This document shows positions 25,701 to 40,180 of a stretch of 64,000 bases of DNA, piece by piece (the first letter of the stretch is position 1; every line of letters starts with the position of its first letter). This stretch comes from Geosiphon pyriformis uo1 (Eukaryota; Fungi; Glomeromycota), in assembly GCA_016748015.1 (NCBI GenBank), contig JAAOMT010000222.1, positions 437,924 through 501,923 on the forward strand. The letters are read 5' to 3'. The position numbers and the translations under genes are program-made. The notes beneath the pieces are model-generated. The model was not told the origin of the DNA, ran no database searches, and was given only the letters and a program-made list of their open reading frames with translations.

Positions 25701-27474
25701 TCTCCAGGTTCTTAGCTGGCGCTCTTGTCACCCTTTGTTATTTCTTGTTCGTGTTAGAGTTAGCTCTTCAAACAGCTTTTTGGCAGGTGTGGTTCATATT
25801 TTTTCTGGGTGTGATTTGTCTTTGAGTGGCTCTCTGGTTGGTGCTTTTTGTCTTCAGAGTGGTATTCCTATGTCTCTAGTTCTCGGCAAGACAATTTTTT
25901 TTAAATGTGTCTCTTCCTTCAGGCATTATGGTATTGCTTTCGTAGAACAGCTTTGTAACTGGAATGGTGTTGTTTTTGATTGGACAACTTTCAAGCATTG
26001 GAAAAGACTGGACCCCCATTGCCCAATTCCCTCCTGGTTTGAACTCTTTGTTTGTTTTCTTGGTAGTATTGCTTCTCCTTTTGGTCATTCTCCTTATAAG
26101 AGTGTTTATGGCTCTTCTGACATCTGTCAGTCTCTTGGTTTTAATGTTATTTGTAATGATCTATTGAATATTGGTGCCATCTGCCTCTCTGTTTACACAA
26201 ATGGATCACTGAGTAACTTGGGTATTGTTGACATGTTGGCTGGTGCTGTGGTTTTCTTTGAGGACATTAATTCAGGTCTAAGTATAGGGGTTTCTGGTTT
26301 GGTTTCTTCTACTTTGGTAGAGTTGCAGACTATTGCTTTAGCTCTTGAGTGTGTTCCTTCTTTTTGCTTGGTTGACTTGTTCTTGGACAGCCAGGCGGCT
26401 ATAGATGCTTGTGGATCAGAGTTTTTATCAGTTGGTCCTGATTTCAGGAATCATTGTTGAATTGAGCGTTATCACATCGCCAATATCATTCATCACAAAA
26501 ATTTGGATGTTAATTGGGTTAAGATTAAGGGCCATTCGGATGTTTCAGGCAACGAGCGTGCTGATGCACTGGCTAAAGATGCTGCTCTTTCTGCCTGGTA
26601 CCTGCCCCACTTGATCAGTGAGAGGTTTTTGAAGACTGGTGTTGATATGGTTTCTGGTAATTCGAGGCATTTTGTTCATAACATATTCAGGTCAATCCAT
26701 TGCACGCATTGGGAGGTTGGTTCTGGTTCCCAGATTGTTCTAGGTTGTTTACATGTTGATATTGACTGGTTGAGGTCTTCTCTGGTATGACACCCGGATT
26801 CCCACATGGTGACTGGTTTTACTAGCATTTGGATGGCTGGCTTTTATACATATTTCATGAAAGCCCTTCATTATCGCTTTCCTGTAGCTATGCAAAAGCG
26901 TCTGTATAATAGGAGTTATCCCAGTGTAGTTTGTTTGTTCTGTGGTGAGATTGAAGTCTCAGACCATGTCTTTTTTTGCTCTTCTGACACTAATATTTGC
27001 ACCGATTTGTTGGACACTTATGCAGCTGCCTGGGAGATGCATTCTGGTCTGTTTCGCTCTTTTTTGTGCATATTGCAGTTGTTGTCGACTTGCATTTTAG
27101 ATGTAACTGTCAGTACGGCCCTGTGTAAAGGCTTTGTTTTCAGCAATTGGTATCATGAGTCTGTTTCTGTTTACAAGGATTCTAATGTGGCAGTGGTTAA
27201 TGTTGTGAATTTTGTATGTGAGTTTTGTCTTGTATTTTGTGATAATATCTGGCTGGTCCATGTGAAACACTGGGCCATTATGGAGAAGAATAAGCTGATT
27301 CCACATGATGGTTCCATTTCTGTCACTGTTTCTGGTTTTTCTATGTGGCTTTTGGCTGGGGTGATTAGGTTGTTGGGTGTTGCTAATGCACTTGGCATCA
27401 GTTTTGGGTATTGTAAGCATTGTTTGTTTTATGCAGGTGTTGGTGACATGGCTTCTGTTTATATAAGTGCATAG
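22785..27474 (+). pseudogene. LINE-C ORF2: APE, RT, RNase H, CCHC
   Basis: APE: IATCNVRG, ILGGDFN, IDYV, TDH. RT: QDMRKAYD, GAFVDDT. RNase H: YTNGS, WVKIKGHSDVSGNERAD. Knuckle: CLFCGEIEVSDHVFFC. More than ten nonsense codons. Confidence 0.95.
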
Positions 27475-28580
27475 TGTTGTTCTGACTAATCTAAGTGTCT
27501 GGTCATGTGTAACAAAAGCATGATTCGTGCCTAGTTTAGATCATTTATATAATGTATAGCACTAGGTGGCATTTGAACTTCACTCGTTAAACTTTAAAAA
27601 AAAAAAAAAAATTTAATATTTAAATTGATAATATTAGACTCAAATAGTTTAATAACAAAAACTTACAATTTAATACCAAATAAATTTGTTTAACACAGTT
27701 TCTAACTAATTATAAATATATTGTATATTATAAATCAAAAAAAACTACATACTAATATTAATAATTTCTCAAAAATAAAACAAAATTAGAATATTTAAAA
27801 ATATTAATCAACTTAATAAATCAACAAACAATAAATTATAATAATTATAATAAAATTAAAAATTATTTAGAAATATTTAAAATGCTAAAAAACTGATTTT
27901 TAAGTAAAACATTGATTATAACACTAACCAAAACAATATTTTTTACACAATAATATTATTAACTATCAAAATTACAAAAACTTAAACAATTTACTCAAAT
28001 TAGTTTAAGAACACAAAAAAAAATAAATTTATATAATATATATTTTAATCTTTTATTAATATATTTTAAAAAAAATAACATTATTAAAATATATTAAACA
28101 TTATTTTTGGTCTAAAATATAAAAAAATATTTATTAAAATGTTAAATTTTGTGATATTTATCAAAAAAAAAAGAAATACATCTTATTAAATCTTTAAATT
28201 TAATTAAAATTGGACAATTTTTTAATTAAATTAATATTAATTTAATTAAACTACTACTTATTATAATTTAAAAAACTAATATATTGCAGTTATTATAAAT
28301 TATTTGACAAAATGTCTAAAAACAAAAGTTATTTAATAAACAAATACAAAATTAATAACAAATTTCATTTATAAAGATATTATTTATAGATATAAATACT
28401 CAATTAAATTTTTATTTAATTAAAAACACATTTTATAAATAATCTAATTTTTTTTTCCCACTTTTATTGAGTGAAGCCCAACTGCTATCTAGTACATAGA
28501 GCCAAACTAAGTGACCCAAACTAAACACAATTTACACATTTACGACATATGACTAGCCACTCAGGCCAGCCAAAGCAACA

Positions 28581-31500
28581 CTACACACCTATATTAACAC
28601 TAACAACACTACCTAAACTAGAAAAAAAACAGCATGGCAAACAATAACCAAAACTGACAGCAAATAAATCAATCACATCAAGCATTCTTACCACTTTACC
28701 CAACAATATAGAAAAAACATTATGAGACAGACCAAAAACAACACTACTATCAGCAACCAAACCAGCCTTTTCCATCTGCACTCTGTGTTCAGACTTCACC
28801 AACCATGTCTTCACACAATGTAAATTAGCTATAAACCTAACAAAATTGACAACCTTACCAATGGCCTGCTTTTTATCATCAAATACCCCCTGAGCTTCCT
28901 CGCACCATTTATTCAGCATAAAGCCTTTACACACAATAGAATACAAACCAACATCCAAAGAACAGGCAGACAATGTTCGCAAAACAGCTGAAGATGATGA
29001 GTCACAAAGATCCACCACCAAAACCCAATAAACAAAAGCCTCAACCAGAATCTCATTATGAACAACAACATCCTAAAGACATGTAAAGACATGGTCAGAA
29101 AATTCTACTTTACCACACAACAGGCACAATATGCCAGGATAACCCTTATCATACAGCCTTTTCTGAACAGCTACTGGAAGATGTCTGTATACAGCCTTCA
29201 TCAAATATGATCACAAGTTTGAAGTTTTTTGACCAGTAAAACCAGTGAGCATATGAGAGTCCGGATGTCAAATCTTTGCAGTAGAAATCCAGTTTACACA
29301 CCCAACTAAGTTATTAGGTACCACATCCATACCAGGCCCAGCCTCCTAGTGAGCACGATTAATAGATTGAAAAATGTCCCTTACAAAGTGGCAGGCATTG
29401 CCAGAGATTGCCATCTTTTCAGCCACCAAATAATGTTTATAAATCCCTGCCAACAAAGAGAAGGGAGATTAAGCAGCTTCCCCAGCTGCCAAATCAGTCT
29501 TGACATTGCCTAAAATACCAGAATGGCCCTTAACCTTAATTCAAACCACCTCAAGATGGCATCTCTCCAACCAGCACCAATTATGAAAGTCAAATATGGC
29601 ACAAGACAACTCTGACAAACAGACATCAATAGCAGCTTGGCTATCAGTATGCAAAATCACTCAACAAGAGGAAGGTATACACTCAAGAGCCAATACAACA
29701 GCCTGCAACTCAACCAGAGTAGAGGATAACAGACCACCAACCACAACTCTAACACTCTTATCTAAAACCAGAAAATATGCAGCAGTGCCACAAGCAGCAT
29801 CAACTGAGCCAGCATTTCTTAAGGATCCATCAGTATACATCTCAAAGCAGCTAGACCAGATATCATGCAACCCATCTTACACCAGAGAAAACACATCAGA
29901 ATCTAAAACATTCATATCAACAGACTAAGCAAAACCAGCAGAACTGGAAGCAGAAAAGCCCTGAACCAACAGAAACTTGGACGCAACTGAGAACCAGTAT
30001 GGTACAGGGCCCCATGGGTCCAACCTCTTCCAACAACAAAAAATTTTTCAATCTAGCACATGGCCCTTCTTATCCAAAAGCCAATCACCAAAAGCAACCC
30101 CAAAATGCTTCAGGAAGCAAACAGGATCAAAATACTTAGAACTACCTAGAATTGATGAAAGCGGAAAATGATCTGAACTGTGAAAGGCATTGAAAAGGTT
30201 GTTAGCCAAAGAAAGCTCATTACTCAAAAAAATCTTCGCAATCCCAGCCAAAAAGTTGTTGACCGGACTAACATGCAACTTGACAGGAAACTGCAAGGGA
30301 TTCAGAGGAGCCCAGCCAAGGACTTGCAAGTCTAAAAACCTATAATCAAACAAATGTCCAAGGACCCCAGAGGCATTAGAAAAAGACACCAAAGCAGCAA
30401 TCTTCCCTTCAGATTGCATTTGTTCAAAAGTTTTCAAGCCATACAAAAAAGGGTAATATAAGGCAGCATCCAAAAAATCATGAGGCAAACCAGCTTTGAA
30501 CTTAAGACTCTTTCTAACCATAACGTCCTATTTGCAACAAACACCAAACAAAACATAACTAAATTGAGTCTGATAACTAACAATAGGCTGCAAGACAGCC
30601 GAGACCAATTATGAGAACTGCTTATTCATAATAGCCTTCCTGAGCATGACATTAACAAAAAAACAAACATCAGAATGAGCTTTGGACACACTAGGTTTAG
30701 ACAAACCCTCTGTAGACAAAAAGATACTCAGATAATAATGAGCTTCACCCTTTTTAGCAATCAAGATTGGCCAACCACAAATACTCAGAAAGGCAATCTT
30801 AACACCCTGATTAATGGGAATAGTCATTGTCTTATCATTATTAATAGAAATATCATTAATTTTGAAGAACTCACTGGTAATGTACAGAGTGTATTGAATG
30901 GAGGTCTGACAATTTCCAATCCAAATCGTATCATCAACAAATACACCAGCTGCCAAGTAAGACATCATCTCACCCACACTCTCAACCCTGTCTGTCTTCA
31001 CAACAAACTTAGAATCAACATGGTATCCACATAAATGCTTGTGTCTTTTCACTTCGCATAAGAGTAGATTATAGAAAATTCTCTATAAGAGAGGCAAAAA
31101 AACTTCACTCTGATCCAATCCATCATGTACACTATAGTCATTTGACAAGCCAAAATCAGTCATCACTCTGTTAATTCTATCCTCATAAATGTTTCCAAAA
31201 AACCCAATAAACCTCTTACACATTTTGATGTGCTGCAAACTAGCTCTCAAGTGAGGCCAACCAACAGAATCATATGCCTTCTACATATCCTGCAAAACCA
31301 ACCAAATTTCTCTATTTTTTTCAAGAGCATCCTCCACAACTAAACCAACTACAAACACCGGAAATTGTGTAGAAGTACCTCAGAGCACCAAAAAATTATC
31401 ACCCTGGAAAACACCAAACTTACTACAAGCCAAAGAAATGCGATCAGACAAAATCTTAAACAAAATCTTCCTGGCAGTCTTAATCAGAGCAATAAGTCAA

Positions 31501-33245
31501 GTGTTTATAAGAACTCCATCCCAATCATAAGGCTTAGGGATCATTAAGACCCACGTCTTTTTCCACAAAGCAGGCACCATGCCAACAGATAAGCACATAT
31601 TCAGCAACACCAAAAGGCATTTCAACACCTCACCACAACCATGTTTCCAAAATTCATTGAGAATGTCAGACAAGCCAGCAGCTTTGCCATCAGGCAGTTC
31701 ATTAGTAACTGAAAGTAATTTATCCATGTTAATCACACTTATTACATCAGAAAAGGCATCATTCCTAACATAGTTCAAAGGTGCATACTGATGAGCCCAG
31801 AGATCAGACAGCACCATAGGCATCACATGCTTCTGTGTTCAACTCTCCATAATCTTGTCAACATTTGACCTGACCTCCTCCAGCTCCAATATCAACTTAT
31901 TATCAACCACCAAGTGATCTAACACTACCTTTCAAAATGGCCAATCCAGAACACTTCTAATCATACTCCTCTTGTCTAAGCAAAACTGTTTCATACGCTT
32001 CTTAATAGCTTTTCTAATAGTAGCCTCTTGCAGCAACTTTGATTCAAACATCTTGGATTTTCTGTACTCTTTTCTGACAAGCAACAAATAACTTAGAAGG
32101 TTCTCCACTTTTTGGCCACCATAAACTATGTCTTCCAGAACGAGAGCTTTACCAGCATCTAAAGCCAACCATTTTCTCACGAAATGATTGAAACCAAAAG
32201 CATCAGCAGAGGTCAAACATTTGACTATCTTGGCAGCCAGCAATTCCAAACCCAGAAACTTAGAAGAATGTTTATTTTTTGAGCACTGAAAATCACAAAA
32301 CCAATGTCTGGAAAATATCTTATCTGCAGAATTTACCATCACCTTTTCCAGCAAAGACCACATAGCATCCAAATCAAGACCAGCAGCAGTGTCAAGGAAC
32401 CTTTCCTTTACCTCCAACATCTTAGCAGAAGAACATTCCTTAAAACGGGACCACCCAGCACTATCAACATCCTTGATCCTAAACTTCCAACAATCCCTGT
32501 TGGTCTGCTTATGCAGACCATTCAGCTGAACATCTAAAAACCCATCCAGGCCAACTGAAACCATGACAGATTTGTGATCCATATCAAAGAAATCAGAAAC
32601 AGAATTGACACAATGCTTCACAACAGCAGAAGATAGAATCCCACTAACAAAAATAAAATCAATTGTTTTCTCCACTCCCCTAGAATTGCTTCATGTAGCT
32701 GCTTTGACCAAAGAGTGTTTAGCAAACAAATTAACTAAATCCAAACCCAAACAGAACTTAAAATTTGCACTCCTCCCAGAATCATTCTTGTTGAAATCAC
32801 CACTCAAAACAACAAAAGTGCTGGAGTTAACAGCCTTAACAATAAGAGAATTCACTGCAGAAGCCTGAGCAAACCTAGTCCCAGGAGAAGTGTCAGCATA
32901 CAAATTCAGAATTGTAACCGAAAGCTTGTCTTTAAACAAAAGCCAAATCGAAATCAAATGACCAGAAACCTCCTCAACCCTAGAAACATAACAAGCCAGA
33001 GAGGTGTTCATGATTACAGCAATGCCAGCACCAAGATAACCAATATCTAACCCAGAAGTAAAAATCCGAATCCCATCAAATTTGTCCTTAATCTATAATC
33101 TGGAAGAGAACCTCAATTTTGTCTCAGCAATAAAAAAAACCATATTCCCAGAATTCATATGCCAATAGACAATGTCTGCTTGTTTTGCAGGAACATTGAC
33201 ACCCTGATCATTGCACATAGCAAATTTCCAGATCAGATCACTCAT
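28581..33245 (-). pseudogene. LINE-D ORF2
   Basis: A chain of minus-strand ORFs (32691-33011, 31932-32675, 31497-31826, 30609-31052, 30048-30521, 29661-29870, 28581-29021) is collinear with LINE-A ORF2. Confidence 0.9.
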
Positions 33246-35104
33246 TGGAATGACGGATATAGAGACAAATCAGAACCAGAACACAAGAGATTCAATCTTA
33301 CCATAATTGAACTGAATAAAGCCTCTAGAGCAGACATTTTGAACTTCAAACTGCCCATCTTAGAAGTAAGAACCTTTGAACCACTCGAACTAAGACCATC
33401 CACAAACTCACCACTACTTAAAAAAGGGGGAGCAGGTGAAGCTAACATACCATTCAGAGTCATATCTAAATCCACAACTGGAGCCAAAGGCACAAAAACA
33501 GCCAAAGGAGAAGCACAAGGCAGAGATGCCAATGGCACCAGTTCAATGAAACTCAATTTTTTAAGAATGACAGAAACTTGATCTGATAGAATTTCCAAAG
33601 AGCATTTCAAAACTGCCAAACAATTACCCAATCCATCGACTTGAGAACCAAAAGAACCCAAAGAGAGAGGCAGACCACCAGAGAGCAAATGGGAACCAAA
33701 AGAAAAGCCACCAGAAGAGGAGTCAAGAGACACTACTTAAGCCCATGATTTGCCACCAAAGGCAGCAGAGTAAGAAATAAGAACTTTTTTTTTTGCATAC
33801 AACTTGGCCAAGCAAAAATGATCAAAACCAGAGGCAGGCTTTTTAAATGGACTTGAGAGTTCAAAAAATGACACTACTGACACATCACACTCCAGTGTCG
33901 AATGGCCAAAATGCCCATACTTTTCACATTTAACCAAATCCAATCTGGCTCATGAGTCGTGCACCACCAAAAATAGGCTCAATATGAAAAGCAGTATCCA
34001 AATCCTCAGACTCAAAGCTAACCACAGTGCAACAAACCCTATTTCCAGTGTTCAAAGATCAATTAATGATGCAGGTTTTCCTACCAGCCCCATCCAGAAG
34101 AGTATTAAGATTGTGTACAGTTGTTTCTACTGGCAAAGTAAACAAAAGTGCCCTGAACTGATTCTTCAATGCCCATGTATCACGATCTCTCACAGTCTTG
34201 GCCACATGCACTGAATCTTTCCTGATCAGGAAAGACCATTTTGAGGCCAACAGATCGGCCTGTCTCAATTTAGCAAACTCCACCACAGCCTTTTGCCACA
34301 TCCCAATTAACTGAATTTTGATCGACTTAATTTGTCCAAACTCGGAGACTGTAGCGATGATCATATTCTTAGGCATGTCCATGGGAATTTCTTTAATTAC
34401 CACAGCCCAATCTGAACGAATTCCTTGTTTCTTAAGATTGCTGTTTACATTGATTCCATTTTCACCAGCCAATAAAATGGCCTTTTTTATGCTATCCTCT
34501 GATGTAAACATTGATCTGATGATCCTTTCAAATTTTGAGGGGGTAGTGGCCCCCCCAAAACCATTGATTTTTGAAAAAAATTTTCTGATGAATTGAGTTT
34601 TTGCATAGCTGATTTCTTTTCCACAGCCAAAAGATTGATGTTTAAAGCAAATGATTTCTTAACTAACATCTCTACAGGAGTTTTGATGATCTTGGGATCA
34701 ATCCAAATCTTATCTAAAGGAACTTTTTTCTTAAGGGGGAGCAGAAAGAACTTTACCTCTTCATCCATTTTAAAGTCAAGAGAACCAATAGGAGAACCAA
34801 AATTTGCACCAGTATTCACTCGTTTAGTCTTGGGAGTATTAACAGCCGAGTCCAAAAGAGAACCATTAAAACCATCAGACATACTAACATCTTCATCATC
34901 ACCAGATAGGCTCTCTACATTAGAATATACACAAGCACCAGAACCAGACTTCAAAGAAATATCCTTTTTATTATCAGAGTGTTTGATATTTCCAAGAGAA
35001 GCCTTCTTTCTTTGTGAAAAGAAACCACTAGCAGGACCATGAAACATGCCCTTAGGAGTCTTTTTACTAAACATGCTGTCACTAGAGACAGCCTCCAAAT
35101 CTAT
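33242..35104 (-). pseudogene. LINE-D ORF1
   Basis: VVIKEIPMDM...SEFGQIKSIK...AVVEF is RRM-like; CEKYGHFGHSTLEC is a decayed CCHC; stops and one frameshift. Confidence 0.8.
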
Positions 35105-35608
35105 AATGAAAGAGTTGTTAGTTAAAGAAATGTTGATATATTATTAACAAGAAAAAACAAAAAACTTCTTTTTTCAAAAAAGTGCTCGTTGGGGTTTTTT
35201 GAAGTAGAAAAAAAAAGAGGTATATTTAGTTTTAATATTGTAATAATCTAATACAAAAAATTTATATATTAAAAAATTTTTATTTTAATTATATTATTTA
35301 TAAACAAATAAATTTGTAAAATATTTTAATAGAACATTTTGTAAATTATTAAACAAAGTTTTAATTAATTTTAAACAAATATAAGATATTTTTATTTTAT
35401 TAATATTATTAACATATAAAATACTAAAACAATATACAATAAAACACATATTATTTAATTTAATTTATAAAAAAACAGCAATATTACCAATTAATTTTAT
35501 AATAAAAACTTATTCAGTTCAACTAACCACAAAAAAAAAATTGCAAAAAACATTTTTGCAAAAAGTTTATATACTTTTTAGTAAATTAAAAAAATAATAA
35601 TATATTAT

Positions 35609-36801
35609 TTTATTTTTTTTTTTTTTATGTTTAATGAGTAAAGTCCAAACGCTACCTAGAACTATACAACATATAAATGTTCTAAACTAGGTGTGAATCA
35701 TGCATTTTCTACACATGACCAGCCACTCAAGCCAATCAGAACAACACTATATATCTATATGTACAGAAACCATATTACCTATACCAAAAAAAAACTGACA
35801 ATATTTACAAAATCCAAAGCTAACACCAAAAGCATCAGTGACACCTAATAACTTAACCACACCATCTGAAAGTAACTTAGGGGGGCCTATTACTGAAAGG
35901 GGTAAAGAACTATCATGTGGAATTGAACTATTTCCCTCCATAAGAGATTTGTGTTTGGCACAAACCAACCAAATTTCTTCTCAAAAAGTGAGACAAAATT
36001 TTCACATAAAGTCCACGACAGTTAGAGCTGTCACCTTGGGATCTTTAAAAACAGAAATTGACTCATGGTACCAATTGTTAAAAACAAAATCTTTACAAAG
36101 AGCCATGCTAATCACAACATCAGAAACACATATTGACAACAACTATGAGACACATGAGAAGGAATGAGATAAACCAGTGTGAGTTTTCCATGCAGACACA
36201 TGAATATTGACCAACCAAGCATGGACAGAAACATCAGACAGGCATGAAAACATGTGGTCGGAGACCTCAACATCATCACAATAAAGACATATCACGCTGG
36301 AATAGCACCTATTATACAACTATTTCCATACAGCTACAGGAAGCCGATGATGCAGTGCCTTCATGAAATATGACTGACCATCAGCAGTATGCTTACTAGT
36401 GAAACCAGCAGCCAAATGAGAATCTGGATGCCACACTAAAGAAGATCTGAACCAATCAATGTCTAAACACAAGCTTTCTATCACAACCCAAGAGTTCGAA
36501 TCCATCTCCCATCATGCACAATGAACAGATCGGAACACGTTACAGACAAAATGTCTAGAATTACCAGATACTGCAGTATCACCAGCCATTAAAAACTGCT
36601 CACTAATAGAAAGAGGTAGGTGAAAGTCAGAAAAAGCAGCAGTTTTAGCTAAAGCATCAGCACGCTTGTTGCCTAAGACACCCGAATGGCCCTTAATTTT
36701 AATCCAACTAACATCCAAGTTCTTGCGACGAATGACATTGGTGATGTGACAATGCTCAATCCAACAACAATTCCTGAAATCAGGACCAGCTGATAAAGAC
36801 T
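35609..36801 (-). mobile_element. LINE-E: 5'-truncated copy with RNase H end, CCHC, 3' UTR and poly(A)
   Basis: WIKIKGHSGVLGNKRAD; poly(T) at 35613-35627 on the plus strand. TSD TAATATATTAT at 35598-35608 and 36802-36812. Confidence 0.9.
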
Positions 36802-39800
36802 TAATATATTATAACTACATATATAAAATATTTTTAAGCTTAACAAAAAAATAACATAACAACAAATTATTATTGATTGTTAATAAATTAAAAATTAAAA
36901 ATAAAGTTTTTTTATACAGAACTAAAACTAAAAAACAATAGTAAAAAATTTAATTATAAATAAAATATATATTTTATATATATATAATTGTAGAAAATAG
37001 ATTATACAAATTAAAACTTGATAATAAAGTTTTAAAAAAAATTTTATATATTAACAAACTAAAACATTATTATTCAAAAACCAATCTTAAACTTTTAATT
37101 TTATAAATTAGTATATTATTTTATTTAATTAACTCAAAAATATTAATAATATATATTAATAGCTAAACTTTTTTTTTATATTCACAAATCTACTAAAAAG
37201 CACATTTGTTGAAAAAAAGTTTTAATTATTCAGTATAATAAATTTAAATTTTTTTTGCTTAATTGCAAGACTATTATTGGTTTTAGTATTACTGTTATAG
37301 AAAAATCTTAGTTTTAGCAGCAATAGTAAACAAGTACTTTCTAAAAAAAAAAGAAAAAATAGTGCTTTAAAAGACAATATTAATAGCAAAATAGTTTTTA
37401 TTAAGACTTAAATGGTTATTTTTGGGGCTTTAAAACTGGTAACACTACTGAATCTGATAGTGTTAATATAGAAAAAAAATGTTTGGTAAAGGAAACCAGT
37501 ATTAATTATGATGAAAAAAACATTTTAAGTAAAAAAAATTCCAATCAAATGCTAAAAAATCTATAAGTGAAAACCAAAAAAGCATTGAAAACATCTTTGA
37601 AAAAAATCAATTTCTTAAATGATAATAACAATAATATTTTATTAAATGCTTTGCCAATTTTTTTCTCTCTTCTAAAAAATTTGGTTAATGTTTTTGTTAA
37701 AAATTATTTGCTTTGAATATTAGTTTAAATAATATTGTTGGAAAGTTTTCTTAAAATAAACTTATAGTAGTTAGAAAATTGTTTTCCAAAATCAATAGTT
37801 TTAGAAAGGCATTTACTCTTTCAAAATTTGCTGGAATTATCAGAACAATATTCACTTTTAAATTAAGCTTGGTATAAGTATTTGAAAAAACTCAAGATAT
37901 GAAAATCTTGGTGAATATTAATCTTAAAAAATTAGCAGTATATTTAGATTGGGTTGTAATAATAAAAAAATTTCAATTAAAACATTGGCTAAAACTGTGT
38001 ATGCTGTATTTTTTGAATTTGGTATTATTAAATCAATCAAAATACAATTAGTTGGTCTGTGACAAAAGACTGTAATTGAATTTAATTAATTAGATCATGT
38101 TATTTTGGCCACTACAAAATAGTCTGTCTTAATTAAAAAAGATGCTGTATATATTGCTAGAGCCAATATAGACAAAAAAACATGAAATGCAAAAAATTTT
38201 AATAAGATGCTGTTTTATACACTACTAATAAAAACAAATGCTTATAATATTTAAGATTTTATTGAATCTGTGAGTAATAAAACATGTATAATAAATTATT
38301 ATCTAATTATATATGTTCAAGCTAAATATACTATAGTTTGTTTTGAATCTGTTAATTTATTGGACATTATTATAAGAATCATATTAGTGCTAAAAAACAT
38401 TAATTTGTGCTGATCTTATTTGGAATCTGTTAAGTATACAAAGTGTGAAAATCTAAGTTATATGTTATTAAGCTGTACTGTGAGTAAAAAAGTTTTTTTG
38501 GTGGTTTATTTTATAAAGTGTTGTCAATAAGAAATAAAAGCAGATTGGTTACTATCTATGTTAAATGTTTAATAATTATTACATGTTTTGTTTCTTTTGG
38601 TAATGTTTTTTAGACCAAAATTGTTAAAGAATTTTTTTTTTCTCTCTTTTTGTGTAAAACAGTTCAGCAAATTATGGCTTTTTTTTAAAGATAAAGCTTT
38701 TTTCACTTGTATTTAAAGATGTAAATAAGTTTGCCATTCTTGAGTACAGTTTTATCAGTCTTCTGAGACAAGTTAAGAAGTTGAATGTATTTAGACCAAT
38801 AGTTTTTCAGTCTGGCTTTGGATATCAGCCATTGATAACTCTTTTATTACAGAATCAAGGAGTGAATATAGTGATGAATAAAGGTTCAGATGCAGTTATT
38901 AGTGATAAAACTGTTGCAAAATTGGGATTATTTGATTAATTAATTGTTAAAAAATTTGAAGACAAAATAAACAATTTAACAGTTATAATTATGAATCTGT
39001 TAATCAAGATAGAAAATAAAAGTTTAGGTTTAAACACATCTTTCTAATAATAATTAATTTGATCTAAAAAATTGCTATGTATAACATTAAAGGAATAAAC
39101 AACTTAATAAAACAAAAAAATATTGTTCAATGATATAAAAAAAGAGAAATTTCTATATCTATTATTATAAAAACAAAGTTAAAAAGTAAAGTTTGTTCTT
39201 GAATAATAAGCAAATTTGATAGAATTAAGATCTTTATCTCAAGTATTAAATTTAATCATCTAAGTTTTGGTATTACTATAATAATTAACAATAATATTGT
39301 GAAACATGTTTACAAAATTTCAGAAGTAACTAGTTGGCTTTTGTCTATATGTTTGCTTTTCAAAAATTGTCTTTTAGTTTCTATTTTGGATTTATATACT
39401 AAAGCTATTCTAAGAAAAATGTTAACTTAGTTTTACAAAGTCAATTCTATAGTGGCCAAAGCCTTAAACAGTAATGCTTTTGTGATTTTCAAGAATAACT
39501 TCAATGAAAATAATTTTGGTCAAAGTATGAGTTTTATAAATTCTTGAATATGAGTTTATGTAATTTTTTTAGTGGTTTTTTAGTATGTAAGTTGTCTATG
39601 TGGTTTAACTTTTAGAGAGTTAATAAGTGCATAGACTTTATTTGGTTAGTAAAAATCTTTGGAAATCATCTTTCAACCAACAAATTTATAGTTTAGATAA
39701 GTTTTTCAATACTAATTATATAATTATTTTAGTAAATATTAGTTTAAAAAACCTTTTAATTCTCAGCTTAATTTAATATACAAACAGACTGTTAGAGATA

Positions 39801-40180
39801 AATGAAAATTCAAAGTCAATTATATTAATGATAAAGTCTAAAAGAAATTTAAAAATTTGTCATTAAATACTGCTTTGGCTATTGCCAATAATTTTGGAGA
39901 CTATAAGCAAAAATTTGACATTAATAAAATATAGAAACTACTCAATTAGATAGTGTACTTTGCTGTTAATGCTGCTTTCTTAAAAACATGATATTAGAAT
40001 GAAAATATATTCAAGTATACTGTATTAACCAAGTTTCACAAGTTGAAATTACTAATGTCAAGAATCTTAAAAGCATATAAATTGGACAATTTAGGAAGAT
40101 TTCAAACATTAATCAATAAATAAACAATATTAGATTATAACCAAATAGTTGAATTCAAAATAATTTTTGATAATAGTTAT

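Larger units (their letters stand above)
20702..27605 (+). mobile_element. LINE-C: full-length copy
   Basis: 5' motif shared with LINE-A, both ORFs, 3' UTR, poly(A) at 27597-27611. TSD AAAAAATTTAA at 20691-20701 and 27606-27616. Confidence 0.95.
28448..35220 (-). mobile_element. LINE-D: full-length copy of a different subfamily
   Basis: ORF1 ~35104-33242 and ORF2 33245-28581 (SGDFN, IDFIF, MDH, GVFVDDT, YTDGS). Poly(A) at 28448-28456. Imperfect TSD ATCTAATTTT / ATTTAGTTTT. Confidence 0.92.

Noticed and set aside
22785-27474. TGA read as Trp (alternative genetic code), because many conserved Trp positions are TGA
   Set aside because: The same positions are TGG in other copies, TAG/TAA and CGA>TGA stops also occur, and G>A changes affect all codons. 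This is mutation, not recoding.
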